In this document: positions 17,713-25,844 of the stretch, piece after piece
Numbering within the stretch: position 1 is the first letter of the stretch
Layout of the letters: each line of letters opens with the position of its first letter
From: an uncultured bacterium
GTDB taxonomy: Bacteria > CAIJMQ01
Reading direction: 5' to 3'
Length of the DNA: 25,844 nt
Assembly (NCBI GenBank): GCA_964573245.1
Contig: CAZNJA010000017.1
Span: 1-25,844 of the forward strand
Notes under the pieces: model-generated
Told to the model about the DNA's origin: nothing
Database searches by the model: none
Seen by the model: the letters and a program-made list of their open reading frames with translations, nothing else
Translations under genes and position numbers: made by a program

Positions 17713-18819
17713 TTACTCGATTATTTTAATTTCAGTTCCTTCTCCTACTGAATTTTGTCCCTCGGTTATTAAAAGTTCTCCTTTTTTTAACCCTGATAGA
17801 ATTTGCAACATTCCTGTTTCTTCCAAGCCCGTGACAATTTCTCTTTGTCGGGCTTTTCCATCCTCTGCCACAAAGACATATTTTTTATCATTTTGTTCGA
17901 GTATGACGTCCCTTAAGATGACCACTGCGTTTTCATGGAGGGATAGGATTAAACCTACCCTGGCAAACATACCCGGTTTTAATAAATGGGCAGGATTAGG
18001 TATTTTCACTTCTACCGGTGCGGTTCTTGATGAGAAGTCTAAAACGGGTGAAATATTTGATACAGCGCCTTCAAATGTCTCTTGAGGATAAGCATCTACC
18101 TTGACTCTTGCTTTCTGTCCCATCTTAACTTTAACAATATCCTTCTCGGTTACATTTACTATGACTTTGACTATATCCATATCAACAATGTTAACTACAG
18201 GTGCTCCTTTCATCTGGGAAGTAGCAGTAACCATATCTCCCTCTTCTATAAACTTTTGGGCAATTACTCCACTAATTGGAGCGAATATAGCGGAATCTCT
18301 CAGTTGAATTTTAGCAAGTGCCAAAACAGCTTCTAATTCCTTAACTTGAGCTTGAGCGCTTTCGTAAGCAGTTGTTACGCTGTCAAATCTCTGTTCAGAG
18401 ATAACATTCTGCTCAAAAAGATTTTTGAACCGTTCATAATCTTTCCCAAGATTCTCAAGATTTATCCCTGCAGATTCTAATGCGGATTCTAATCTTTCCA
18501 CATCTAAAATTAATTTTTCCTTTTCTATTGTTGCAATAGGGTTGCCTTTTGTGACATTGTCCCCAATATCAACAGCTAACTTTTCGACTTTTCCGCTGAC
18601 ACCGGAATATACGGTTACTTGAGACTGCGGTTCAATATCTCCCGTAAGATACAATTTTTTCTCGATAGTTTGCAATTTGACTCTTTCGGCGACTACGGGA
18701 ATTTCCGCCTCCGCCCCAACTTCCTCTGTCAACCTTTTGGATGCAATTGTTTGATACACACGATAACCTACTAAACCCAAAAGAACCAAAACGACTATCA
18801 AGACAATTGTTTTTTTCAT
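17713..18819 (-). CDS. RND periplasmic adaptor (MFP)
   Basis: N-terminal anchor, lipoyl halves (V..GD.V.KG; APISGVI), coiled hairpin, LKPGMFAR. Confidence 0.92.
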   Translation of the reverse strand: MKKTIVLIVVLVLLGLVGYRVYQTIASKRLTEEVGAEAEIPVVAERVKLQTIEKKLYLTGDIEPQSQVTVYSGVSGKVEKLAVDIGDNVTKGNPIATIEKEKLILDVERLESALESAGINLENLGKDYERFKNLFEQNVISEQRFDSVTTAYESAQAQVKELEAVLALAKIQLRDSAIFAPISGVIAQKFIEEGDMVTATSQMKGAPVVNIVDMDIVKVIVNVTEKDIVKVKMGQKARVKVDAYPQETFEGAVSNISPVLDFSSRTAPVEVKIPNPAHLLKPGMFARVGLILSLHENAVVILRDVILEQNDKKYVFVAEDGKARQREIVTGLEETGMLQILSGLKKGELLITEGQNSVGEGTEIKIIE

Positions 18820-18837
18820 TATTTTTCTCCTGTATCT

Positions 18838-20109
18838 TTAATTTATTTTCACCCCTATTGCCCTTTCAACTAAGGCAATAGCAATATTATATTCATAAAG
18901 AGCCTGATAATAATTCGTTTTTGCCTGACTAAGTAAAACCTGCGCATCCAAAACATCCGTATTTGTCGAAAGTCCTTCTTTGAATCTTAACAAAGTATCG
19001 CGAAAATTTTTATCGGCTTCTTTTACCGCCTCATCCTGCACTTTTATCTTTTCTTTTTCCGACAGCAATTTGAAATACGCTTGTCTTACTTCAAGTTCTA
19101 TATTGTTCACAAGAAGTTCTAAACTGCTCCGCACTTGCTCAGATTGGGATTTCGCTTTTCTGACTTCGTTTAAATTTTCTCCCCAGTCCCATATATCCAT
19201 TTCCACTGATACAGTCGCGCTCCAGGATTCTTGCCACTCGTCTATAGGCAGTTCTGCGCCCTTTATCCTGTCCCATTGGCCGATAAGCGAAACTTGGGGC
19301 AGAAAAGAAGAATGAGCAATGCTTACTCCGCTTTGTGAAATCTTCAATCTGCTACTTGCTTCTTTTATTTCAGGCCTTGAATTAATAGCTTGGCTTATAG
19401 CCGAAGAAAGGTCAACATTATAATCATCTAAATACAGAACATCTTCTATCACTACTTCTTGCCCCAAATTTCTATTCAGAAGACTGTTAAAAAGGGATTT
19501 TGCCAGTTCCACGGCATTATCCGCATCTATTAGACTCTGCCTTGCATTTGATAAGGCAACTTTTGCCCTTAAAACCTCAACTTCGGAAACGAGCCCTTCT
19601 TTAAGATATGCCTCTATAGTATTAAGATGGGCTTTTGTTGAAGTTACCGATTCTTCCGCCACTTGTTTGATTTTTCCTGCACCCAAAACTTGAAAATATG
19701 CTTTTTTAACTTCCACAACTAAATTGTTTCGTACCGACTCGAAGTAACTTTGATTTGCTTTAAGATTTTCTCTCTGCAAATTATATGCTGGTAAAAGTCC
19801 TCCGTGAAAAATCGGCTGAACAAGTCCCAAATTATAGTCATAAATCTCATCATCGCTTAAAACTACTGAAGCCATTTCGCTTTTTTCATCCAATCGAGTA
19901 TAAGAAGAAGAACTGTAAATTTTAGGGAAAAAATAGCTTAACGCCTGACTTTTTTCTGCTTGCGCTTCTTTTATTTTTGCGTTGGCTAATCTTATGGAAG
20001 CGTTATTTTCCAATGCTATGGATATGCTCTTTTCAAGAGTAAGCGTGTCTTCCTGCGCAAAGACAAAAAATGGCAAACTAAATATAACCAAAAAAATGAA
20101 TTTCTTCAT
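18838..20109 (-). CDS. TolC-family outer-membrane efflux channel
   Basis: Signal peptide, LTLE.SI..ALENN, two OEP repeats, F.EGL.T..DVLDAQ. Confidence 0.9.
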   Translation of the reverse strand: MKKFIFLVIFSLPFFVFAQEDTLTLEKSISIALENNASIRLANAKIKEAQAEKSQALSYFFPKIYSSSSYTRLDEKSEMASVVLSDDEIYDYNLGLVQPIFHGGLLPAYNLQRENLKANQSYFESVRNNLVVEVKKAYFQVLGAGKIKQVAEESVTSTKAHLNTIEAYLKEGLVSEVEVLRAKVALSNARQSLIDADNAVELAKSLFNSLLNRNLGQEVVIEDVLYLDDYNVDLSSAISQAINSRPEIKEASSRLKISQSGVSIAHSSFLPQVSLIGQWDRIKGAELPIDEWQESWSATVSVEMDIWDWGENLNEVRKAKSQSEQVRSSLELLVNNIELEVRQAYFKLLSEKEKIKVQDEAVKEADKNFRDTLLRFKEGLSTNTDVLDAQVLLSQAKTNYYQALYEYNIAIALVERAIGVKIN

Positions 20110-20522
20110 AGAAGTTCCTCCATTTTTTTAGTTACCTCAAGAAAACTTTTTTTCTCTTGGGCAGAAAACGCTTTAAAAAGGGAAATGAACAGTTCATTGG
20201 ACTGGTTTTTAATTTTTGATATGGCGGTTTTCCCCTTAGGCGTAAGAGAAATAATTATTATCCTTCTGTCGGAAGAAGAGAAATCTCTTCGCACTAATTG
20301 TATTTTTACGAGTTTATCCACCAGCCCGGTTACAGCCGGAGGAGTTACAAAAAGATAATCAGCAACTTCACGCATAGTGGCTTTGGCTTTGTCATTAAGG
20401 TAATCGAGGATATGGTATTGCGGAATAGTTATTTTCCCTTTGCTTAATTCGTTGGACAACCTCGTCCTTATTTTTCTATGTATCTGATCGAACGTTTCCG
20501 TGATTCTATCTATTTCTCTCAT
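20106..20522 (-). CDS. MarR-family transcriptional regulator
   Basis: ITIPQYHIL, wHTH VTPPAVTGLVDKL, DRR...I.LT.KG. Confidence 0.9.
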   Translation of the reverse strand: MREIDRITETFDQIHRKIRTRLSNELSKGKITIPQYHILDYLNDKAKATMREVADYLFVTPPAVTGLVDKLVKIQLVRRDFSSSDRRIIIISLTPKGKTAISKIKNQSNELFISLFKAFSAQEKKSFLEVTKKMEELL

Positions 20523-20550
20523 AATTGCACCCCAAAACTTAACACTCTTA

Positions 20551-20571
20551 ATAATTAAGTAACTTAATTAT
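20551..20571. promoter_or_regulatory. Probable MarR operator (perfect 10-1-10 palindrome)
   Basis: ATAATTAAGT-A-ACTTAATTAT overlapping the -10 box of the marR promoter. Confidence 0.7.
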
Positions 20572-20594
20572 ATCAGAAAAATATTTGTTGTCAA
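20567..20594 (-). promoter_or_regulatory. Consensus sigma70 promoter of the marR-efflux operon
   Basis: TTGACA-16 bp-TATAAT with extended -10 (TGnTATAAT) on the minus strand. Confidence 0.75.
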
Positions 20595-20655
20595 ACTTGA
20601 ATTGGCATTAGTTTATATGGTAAATTACATCGCTAAAAGTGTTCGGAGACAAGAA

Positions 20656-21579
20656 ATGGAAAGAGGAACAGAGTTTCAAATAGGCGCAGAGACTTACGTT
20701 TTGGACCGGTTTATAGGCCAAGGCGGGATGAGCCAGGTATATACGGCTTACAGAAAAGACGATGTCAGCGCTGAAAAACAATGTATAGCAGTCAAATTCC
20801 TTCCGCCCAATATGGCGCGCGACAAAAAAAGGATTCAAGCCTTAAAAGAAGAATTCAACATCATTCGAAAAATTCCCGACCCTGAAAGCTACAACATCAT
20901 AAAGATATACGACATGTTGAAAATCAAAGACGGTTACTGTCTGATTATGCCTTACCTAAAAGGTGGGAATTTGATGCAAAAAGTTATAGATAGGGAAAAG
21001 GCTAAAGGCGAAAAATTCCCCTTCACAGAAAAGGTAAGAATCGCAAGAGATATAGCTTATGGACTTGCATATTTACACGCTTACGACATAGTTCACGGAG
21101 ACGTAAAACCGACAAATATACTTTTTAATGAGGAAGGGCAAGTCAGGATAACGGACTTCGGCTTGTCGCATTCTTCTTCAAATTCACTCTTTAATATTTT
21201 AGCCCAGCTTCTTTTATTTGGTTTTCTGATTAAAAAAGACATTAAGGGAGGAACTCCTGCTTATATGAGTCCTGAACAGTTCAAAGGCTCGAAGCCCGAC
21301 AAGAGCGCTGATATCTACGCTTTGGGAGCGCTCCTGTTTGAATTATTTACTGGTAGTCTGCCATATTCTCCTTATGCTTTTTCCAATAATAGAAAAAGCC
21401 TTATGAAAGGCCATTACCTTGCAAGAAAAAGAGACCGTCAGGCTATGACAATCAAGAGCCAACTCCTTTATTTACCCTTCTCTTTGCAAGAAATAATTCT
21501 TGGATGTTTAATGTTTGATAAAAAAGACAGGTTCCCCACGATTGGAAGTGTTTATGTTAAATTAGACCAAATAAGATAA
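20656..21579 (+). CDS. Hanks-type Ser/Thr protein kinase (catalytic domain only)
   Basis: IGQGGMSQVY, AVK, HGDVKPTNIL, DFG, GTPAYMSPEQ, DIYALG; ATG 20656 with GGAG upstream. Confidence 0.9.
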   Translation: MERGTEFQIGAETYVLDRFIGQGGMSQVYTAYRKDDVSAEKQCIAVKFLPPNMARDKKRIQALKEEFNIIRKIPDPESYNIIKIYDMLKIKDGYCLIMPYLKGGNLMQKVIDREKAKGEKFPFTEKVRIARDIAYGLAYLHAYDIVHGDVKPTNILFNEEGQVRITDFGLSHSSSNSLFNILAQLLLFGFLIKKDIKGGTPAYMSPEQFKGSKPDKSADIYALGALLFELFTGSLPYSPYAFSNNRKSLMKGHYLARKRDRQAMTIKSQLLYLPFSLQEIILGCLMFDKKDRFPTIGSVYVKLDQIR

Positions 21580-21650
21580 ATCTTTAAGTAATTTTTCCGA
21601 AGGATTCTTCGGAATCCATCCGGAACAATCCCCAATTGCTAATTTCTAAT

Positions 21651-22604
21651 ATGGAGCCCAAAAATTTCCAGCGCCTTATTAAACAGGCATTAAAAGAAGA
21701 TATCGGCCCCGAACCAGAGGGCTCTCGGTCCGGGGCAGGCAAAAAAGATATTACGACGGAAACGATTATTGTTGGGGATGTTAAAGTTAAAGCCGTAATC
21801 ATCAGTAAAAACGAAGGCGTAATAGCCGGGTTGGACATCGCAAAAACCGCATTTCAACTTGTGGCAAAAAACATAAAATTCCGCAAACTCGTAAAAGACG
21901 GCGACAATGTTCACAAAAACCAAATTCTGGCAATTTTATACGGTGAAGCGAAAAACATACTAACCGCCGAAAGAACCGCTTTGAATTTCTTGGGCCATTT
22001 GAGCGGAATAGCGACATTAACCTCAAAATATGCAGAAAAAACCAAACCTTACAAATGTAAAATTCTTGACACCAGAAAAACCACTCCGCTTTTGCGGGAA
22101 ATGGAAAAATACGCCGTCAAAACGGGCGGCGGGCATAACCATCGCATGGGGCTTTACGATATGGTTCTTATAAAAGATAATCATATTAAGCTTATATCCC
22201 ATTGCGAAATCAAAAAATTAATAAAGTCGGTTAGAAGAAAAATTTCCTCCGGTTCTACGACCCGTAGACTCGCCTCGCTGCGAAGCGGGGGTCGGAGACC
22301 CAAGAACACAAAAATAGAAATAGAAGTTGAAACCCTGGACGAACTAAAAAACGCCTATGATTGCAAAGCCGATATAATAATGCTTGATAATATGAATCCT
22401 GCCAAAATTAAAAAAGCCGTCAGGTGGATAAAGCAACAAAAAAAATTCAAAGCGCCGCTTCTTGAAGCATCCGGAAACATTAATTTTTCCAACGTAAAAG
22501 AGATTGCCAAAACGGGTATAGACTTTATTTCTATCGGCGAAATAACTCATTCGGCGCCTGCTCTTGACATGAGTCTTAAAATAATAGAAGTTAATGAAGG
22601 TTAA
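21651..22604 (+). CDS. nadC: Nicotinate-nucleotide pyrophosphorylase (quinolinate phosphoribosyltransferase) with two in-frame inserts
   Basis: AERTALN, DTRKT.P, HR.GL.D.VLIKDNH, EIEVE, IMLDNM, EASGNI, ITHSAPALD. Confidence 0.95.
   Translation: MEPKNFQRLIKQALKEDIGPEPEGSRSGAGKKDITTETIIVGDVKVKAVIISKNEGVIAGLDIAKTAFQLVAKNIKFRKLVKDGDNVHKNQILAILYGEAKNILTAERTALNFLGHLSGIATLTSKYAEKTKPYKCKILDTRKTTPLLREMEKYAVKTGGGHNHRMGLYDMVLIKDNHIKLISHCEIKKLIKSVRRKISSGSTTRRLASLRSGGRRPKNTKIEIEVETLDELKNAYDCKADIIMLDNMNPAKIKKAVRWIKQQKKFKAPLLEASGNINFSNVKEIAKTGIDFISIGEITHSAPALDMSLKIIEVNEG
21707..21735. repeat. 29-bp palindromic in-frame insert in nadC
   Basis: CCCCGAACCAGAGGGCTCTCGGTCCGGGG; removing it plus 4 nt restores EDIG-KKDITT. 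Confidence 0.7.
22251..22300. repeat. Nested palindromic in-frame insert in nadC
   Basis: GGTTCTACGACCC...GGGTCGGAGACC enclosing CTCGCCTCGC-T-GCGAAGCGGG; encodes ~18 extra aa before KIEIEVE. Confidence 0.65.
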
Positions 22605-22627
22605 AAAAATATTAACTTCAAAAATTA

Positions 22628-23272
22628 ATGAAACTATTACATCCAGACTTCGAAAACACTATTAAGACCAAAACTATCGGCCATCCTCTCTACATATATT
22701 CAGAACTTGATTCCACTCAAACGACCGCAAAACTTTTAGCTGAAAACGGCGCAAAAGACGGCGCTGTAATACTTGCTTACTCTCAAAAAAAGGGAATGGG
22801 TAGAAACGGGAAAAAATGGTTTTCCCCACAAGGCGGGATTTGGTTAACTGTCATATTAAGACCTTCCTTTACTCTGGAACAGTCGAATATTATCAATGCA
22901 ATTTTCACCACGGCTTGCGCAGAAGTTTTGCATTCCTTCGAAATATCCAATCCGACGATTAAATGGCCCAACGATATATTGGTAAACGGCAAAAAAATAT
23001 GCGGGATATTGACGCAAACGAAAAGCGGAAATAAGATAGAATACGTTTTAGTGGGAGTAGGCATAAACCTTAATACTAAAATGAAAGATTTCCCGTCTGA
23101 GTTGAAAAACACGGCAACATCCTTGAGATGCGAAACAGGCAAGGAAATACAACCGGATAAATTTCTGGCAATACTTTTAGAAAAAATAGAGAAATATTAC
23201 TTTATGTTAAAAGACGAAAAATCTAAAACAATTCAGGCGAAATGGGCAAGTTTTTCTTTGAGCGGAGTATAA
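22628..23272 (+). CDS. birA: Biotin--[acetyl-CoA-carboxylase] ligase, short form
   Basis: DSTQ, Q..G.GR.G..W.SP.GG, IKWPNDI.V.GKKICGIL, VGVGIN. Confidence 0.85.
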   Translation: MKLLHPDFENTIKTKTIGHPLYIYSELDSTQTTAKLLAENGAKDGAVILAYSQKKGMGRNGKKWFSPQGGIWLTVILRPSFTLEQSNIINAIFTTACAEVLHSFEISNPTIKWPNDILVNGKKICGILTQTKSGNKIEYVLVGVGINLNTKMKDFPSELKNTATSLRCETGKEIQPDKFLAILLEKIEKYYFMLKDEKSKTIQAKWASFSLSGV

Positions 23273-23301
23273 CCAAATAAACAAAAGGGAAACAAATACA
23301 C

Positions 23302-24051
23302 ATGCTTTTGGCTGTAAACATCGGGAATACCAATGTGCAGATGGGGCTATTCGTAAATAAAAAATTAGCCTGCTGTATTGTCTTCCCAACTTGCAAGAAG
23401 CCTGCAAATAATTATTACAAGGCAATTTGGGAAAACCTTTCTCAATTCAAAAATATTGAAGCAGTTGCAATTTGCTCTGTCGTTACGTCTTTAACAAAAC
23501 CTCTTCGAAAATTACTCAAAAAACATTTAAAGATAGAGCCGCTTATCGTAAGTGAAAATTTAGATTTGGGAATAAAATTAAATTATAAAAAGAAGGAACT
23601 CGGCGTTGACAGAATAGCAAATGCAGTTGCGGCTTACCATTTATATAAAAAGGGATGTATAGTGGTTGATTTTGGAACAGCCATAACTTTTGATGTGATT
23701 TCTCCCGGAGGTGTTCATTTAGGCGGGGCGATAGCACCAGGCCTGGGTAGTTCCGTAAAAGCGCTCTTTTCAAACACAAGTTTGCCCGAAATAAACAATC
23801 TTGAGGACACGAACTTTGCAATAGGCAAGAATACGGCCAAAAACCTGAAAGTAGGAATACTACACGGTTTTGCTTCCATGGTAAAAGGGCTGGTCGAAGA
23901 ATTCAAAAAGGAGATAAAATTTAAACCGTTTATAATTCTAACCGGCGGGGACGCAAATAAAATAAGCAAAATCTCAAAATTTCCTCATTCAATTAACCCG
24001 TTTCTAACGTTGGATGGGATAAGAATAATATACGAGAGAAATTCTCTCTAA
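23302..24051 (+). CDS. coaX: Type III pantothenate kinase
   Basis: IGNTN, LGVDR, VVDFGTAITFD, GGAIAPG, LTGGDA, LTLDG; follows birA. Confidence 0.9.
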   Translation: MLLAVNIGNTNVQMGLFVNKKLACCIVFPTCKKPANNYYKAIWENLSQFKNIEAVAICSVVTSLTKPLRKLLKKHLKIEPLIVSENLDLGIKLNYKKKELGVDRIANAVAAYHLYKKGCIVVDFGTAITFDVISPGGVHLGGAIAPGLGSSVKALFSNTSLPEINNLEDTNFAIGKNTAKNLKVGILHGFASMVKGLVEEFKKEIKFKPFIILTGGDANKISKISKFPHSINPFLTLDGIRIIYERNSL

Positions 24052-24108
24052 ACAAAGTTGCATACTTTCAGAAAAAGTGATAAGTTTATTCTAAAATGGG
24101 AGGGAAAT

Positions 24109-24837
24109 ATGAATAAATTTAAGAATACAGATTTTCCAATCCGAAACGAGCTTGCCCCGTTAGAAATAAGCCGTCCTTGGACGAGTGTAAAATTTCTAAC
24201 GGGGTTTACCCTAATAGAACTTCTTGTCGTTATTGCAATCATAGGAATACTGGCAGCAGTGCTACTTCCCGCAACTCAAAGGTCAAGAGAAGCAGGAAGA
24301 AGGACAGTGTGTATGAATAACCTTAAGCAGATTGGACTTGCCCTGAATGATTATACAAATGATTACGTTCAGACCTTTCCTCCAACCTCTGATAATACGG
24401 CGACCAATAGAATAAAACAAGCAGGCCCTCCAATAGAAATAGAGGGGCTTGGCTACTTGGTAGAAGCATATCTAAATAGCGAGTTTGGAACTCTAATTTG
24501 TCCGTCAAGTAGCTCCGTATCAATGGCAAGCACTATAAAAATCAATTGGGACGCAGATTTAGATACGGATAGCGCTTATATTTACAGAGGCCTTTCGGGG
24601 GGATTAACGCGTTATTTTAGTGGAAGCGCCAGCAGGAAAGGAAAACCTGCTTTGGTTATGGATTATAATAATAATGATGCGGCAAGTTTATTCTTCAACC
24701 ATGACGGTAACTACGTCAACATTCTTTTTAATGACGGGCACGTGGAAGGTGTCATGAACACAAATGACTTATTAACTATAGATGCAGCTGTTCCAATAAC
24801 AGAAGACGATATTTTCACAGAGGCAGACGGTAAATAA
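24109..24837 (+). CDS. Prepilin-type N-terminal cleavage/methylation protein with H-X9-DG-like C-terminal motif (DUF1559-like)
   Basis: [24 protein letters not shown]...[17 protein letters not shown]...[13 protein letters not shown] 24109 with GGAGGG RBS. Confidence 0.85.
   Translation: MNKFKNTDFPIRNELAPLEISRPWTSVKFLTGFTLIELLVVIAIIGILAAVLLPATQRSREAGRRTVCMNNLKQIGLALNDYTNDYVQTFPPTSDNTATNRIKQAGPPIEIEGLGYLVEAYLNSEFGTLICPSSSSVSMASTIKINWDADLDTDSAYIYRGLSGGLTRYFSGSASRKGKPALVMDYNNNDAASLFFNHDGNYVNILFNDGHVEGVMNTNDLLTIDAAVPITEDDIFTEADGK
24155..24204. mobile_element. 50-bp GTTAGA-family element in-frame in the prepilin leader
   Basis: Perfect 13-bp IRs CCCCGTTAGAAAT/ATTTCTAACGGGG; reverse strand reads end-TTAC-hairpin-TATTTCTAACGGGG; flanks CTTG/TTTA. 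Confidence 0.75.
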
Positions 24838-24852
24838 TAGGAGGGAATTAAT

Positions 24853-25602
24853 ATGAAACATTTGACGGGGAAAACGGGATTTACCCTTACAGAACTTCTC
24901 GTTGTCATTGCAATTATCGGCATGCTTGCAGGAATATTGCTGCCTACTTTACAAAACGCAAGAGAAAGAGCAAACAGAGTTGCCTGTATGGGCAATCTGA
25001 AAGTCATAGGCGAAGCATTCAATATGTATAATATAGATACGGGGGAAATGCCCACGACAGAGGAATTTTTTGTAGCCGGCACCAACACTGCAACCAACCA
25101 ATTGGCAGATTCAGGAACACCGGGAGGAATGGGTTATTTTTATGATGACCCGGCTGTTCCTTCGAATAACAAAAACGACTACATAGAGGATTTTGCCGTT
25201 TTTATATGTCCCTCAAGCGAAAATTACAGAGACCCAGAAACTTTAAAAAATGATTGGCTTACTCCTCAAAATACATTTTCTGCTTATATCTACAGAGCTG
25301 CATCAGGGGCAGGGGGAAACGAACTCATGTTAAGCGAGTCAAAACCGGCAATAGTAATGGATTATAACGATATAACCGGTGCTACTCCCAAATATAACCA
25401 TTCTGGAGAATATGTAAATATCCTCTTCAGAAACGGAAACGTTAAGGGAGTGGAAAATAAAGATGATACGGGCGCTTCTAATAAAGACGGGCAATTAACT
25501 TTCGGAGGAACAGACGCAGGAGGAGGAACAGTAGATATAGACGAACTTTTCCGACATGAGAGTGCTGGTGTATTAATTGGTGGGGCTGACAATTATCAAT
25601 AA
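24853..25602 (+). CDS. Second prepilin-type / DUF1559-like paralog
   Basis: [23 protein letters not shown]...[15 protein letters not shown]; shares SAYIYR, KPA.VMDYN and NH.G.YVNILF with the upstream gene; GGAGGG RBS. Confidence 0.85.
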   Translation: MKHLTGKTGFTLTELLVVIAIIGMLAGILLPTLQNARERANRVACMGNLKVIGEAFNMYNIDTGEMPTTEEFFVAGTNTATNQLADSGTPGGMGYFYDDPAVPSNNKNDYIEDFAVFICPSSENYRDPETLKNDWLTPQNTFSAYIYRAASGAGGNELMLSESKPAIVMDYNDITGATPKYNHSGEYVNILFRNGNVKGVENKDDTGASNKDGQLTFGGTDAGGGTVDIDELFRHESAGVLIGGADNYQ

Positions 25603-25691
25603 AAAATTTATTTTTTTTATTTTTACGTAAAATTTATGTTTGTCCATGGCAGAAGCTATTGATAGATGGAATACAATAAAAGCAAGCATTG

Positions 25692-25844
25692 ATGAGAGTA
25701 AAACTTCTAATCTCCGTCCTAATTCTTGGTTTTGTTGGACTATTCGGTATTAGCAACACGACTTATGCAGATATAGCATCCAACAACATAAAACTTGCAA
25801 GTTTAGATTCAGACAAAGACGGTTATAGTGATTTATGCGAGTCC
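25692..25844 (+). CDS. Secreted protein with Ca-binding DxDxDG (TSP3-like) motif, partial
   Basis: Manual translation MRVKLLISVLILGFVGLFGISNTTYA-DIASNNIKLASLDSDKDGYSDLCES; open to the window end. Confidence 0.6.
   Translation, partial: MRVKLLISVLILGFVGLFGISNTTYADIASNNIKLASLDSDKDGYSDLCES

Noticed and set aside
24859-24870. CATTTGACGGGG in the second pilin leader as a remnant element end
   Set aside because: Only a weak match to TTTCTAACGGGG, with no partner arm.
1-25844. tRNA, rRNA, transposase or integrase genes
   Set aside because: None recognisable; any enzyme mobilising the repeats would have to be encoded elsewhere.

Overview
AT-rich bacterial chromosomal segment. The two prepilin H-X9-DG-type genes suggest a PVC/Omnitrophota-like lineage (inference only). 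Minus strand: partial hflK, a membrane-anchored HAMP-type trehalose-6-phosphate synthase, a LysM-amidase lipoprotein, a SPOR protein, DUF4416, an rpmA-dxr-gspCDEF-dapA run and a MarR-TolC-MFP-RND efflux operon. Plus strand: rpmB, a Ser/Thr kinase, nadC-birA-coaX, two paralogous prepilin-like genes and the start of a secreted protein. The most unusual content is a dense set of small palindromic, apparently inserted DNA elements with no transposase in the window. (1) A CCCCGTTAGARAT...ATYTCTAACGGGG family, usually bounded by 4-nt direct repeats. It occurs as 29-bp minimal forms and as 126-129-bp long forms with a fixed layout (end, 72-74-nt variable block, TTAC, variable hairpin, end). Copies stack in tandem, and they sit at the gspD/gspE junction, the rpmB -35 box and in-frame in a prepilin leader. 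(2) A 27-bp CCCGCCTGCC...GGCGGGCAGG unit inserted without target duplication inside two other palindromic elements. (3) In-frame palindromic inserts in nadC and in a signal peptide. (4) Inverted heptamer arrays flanking gspF.
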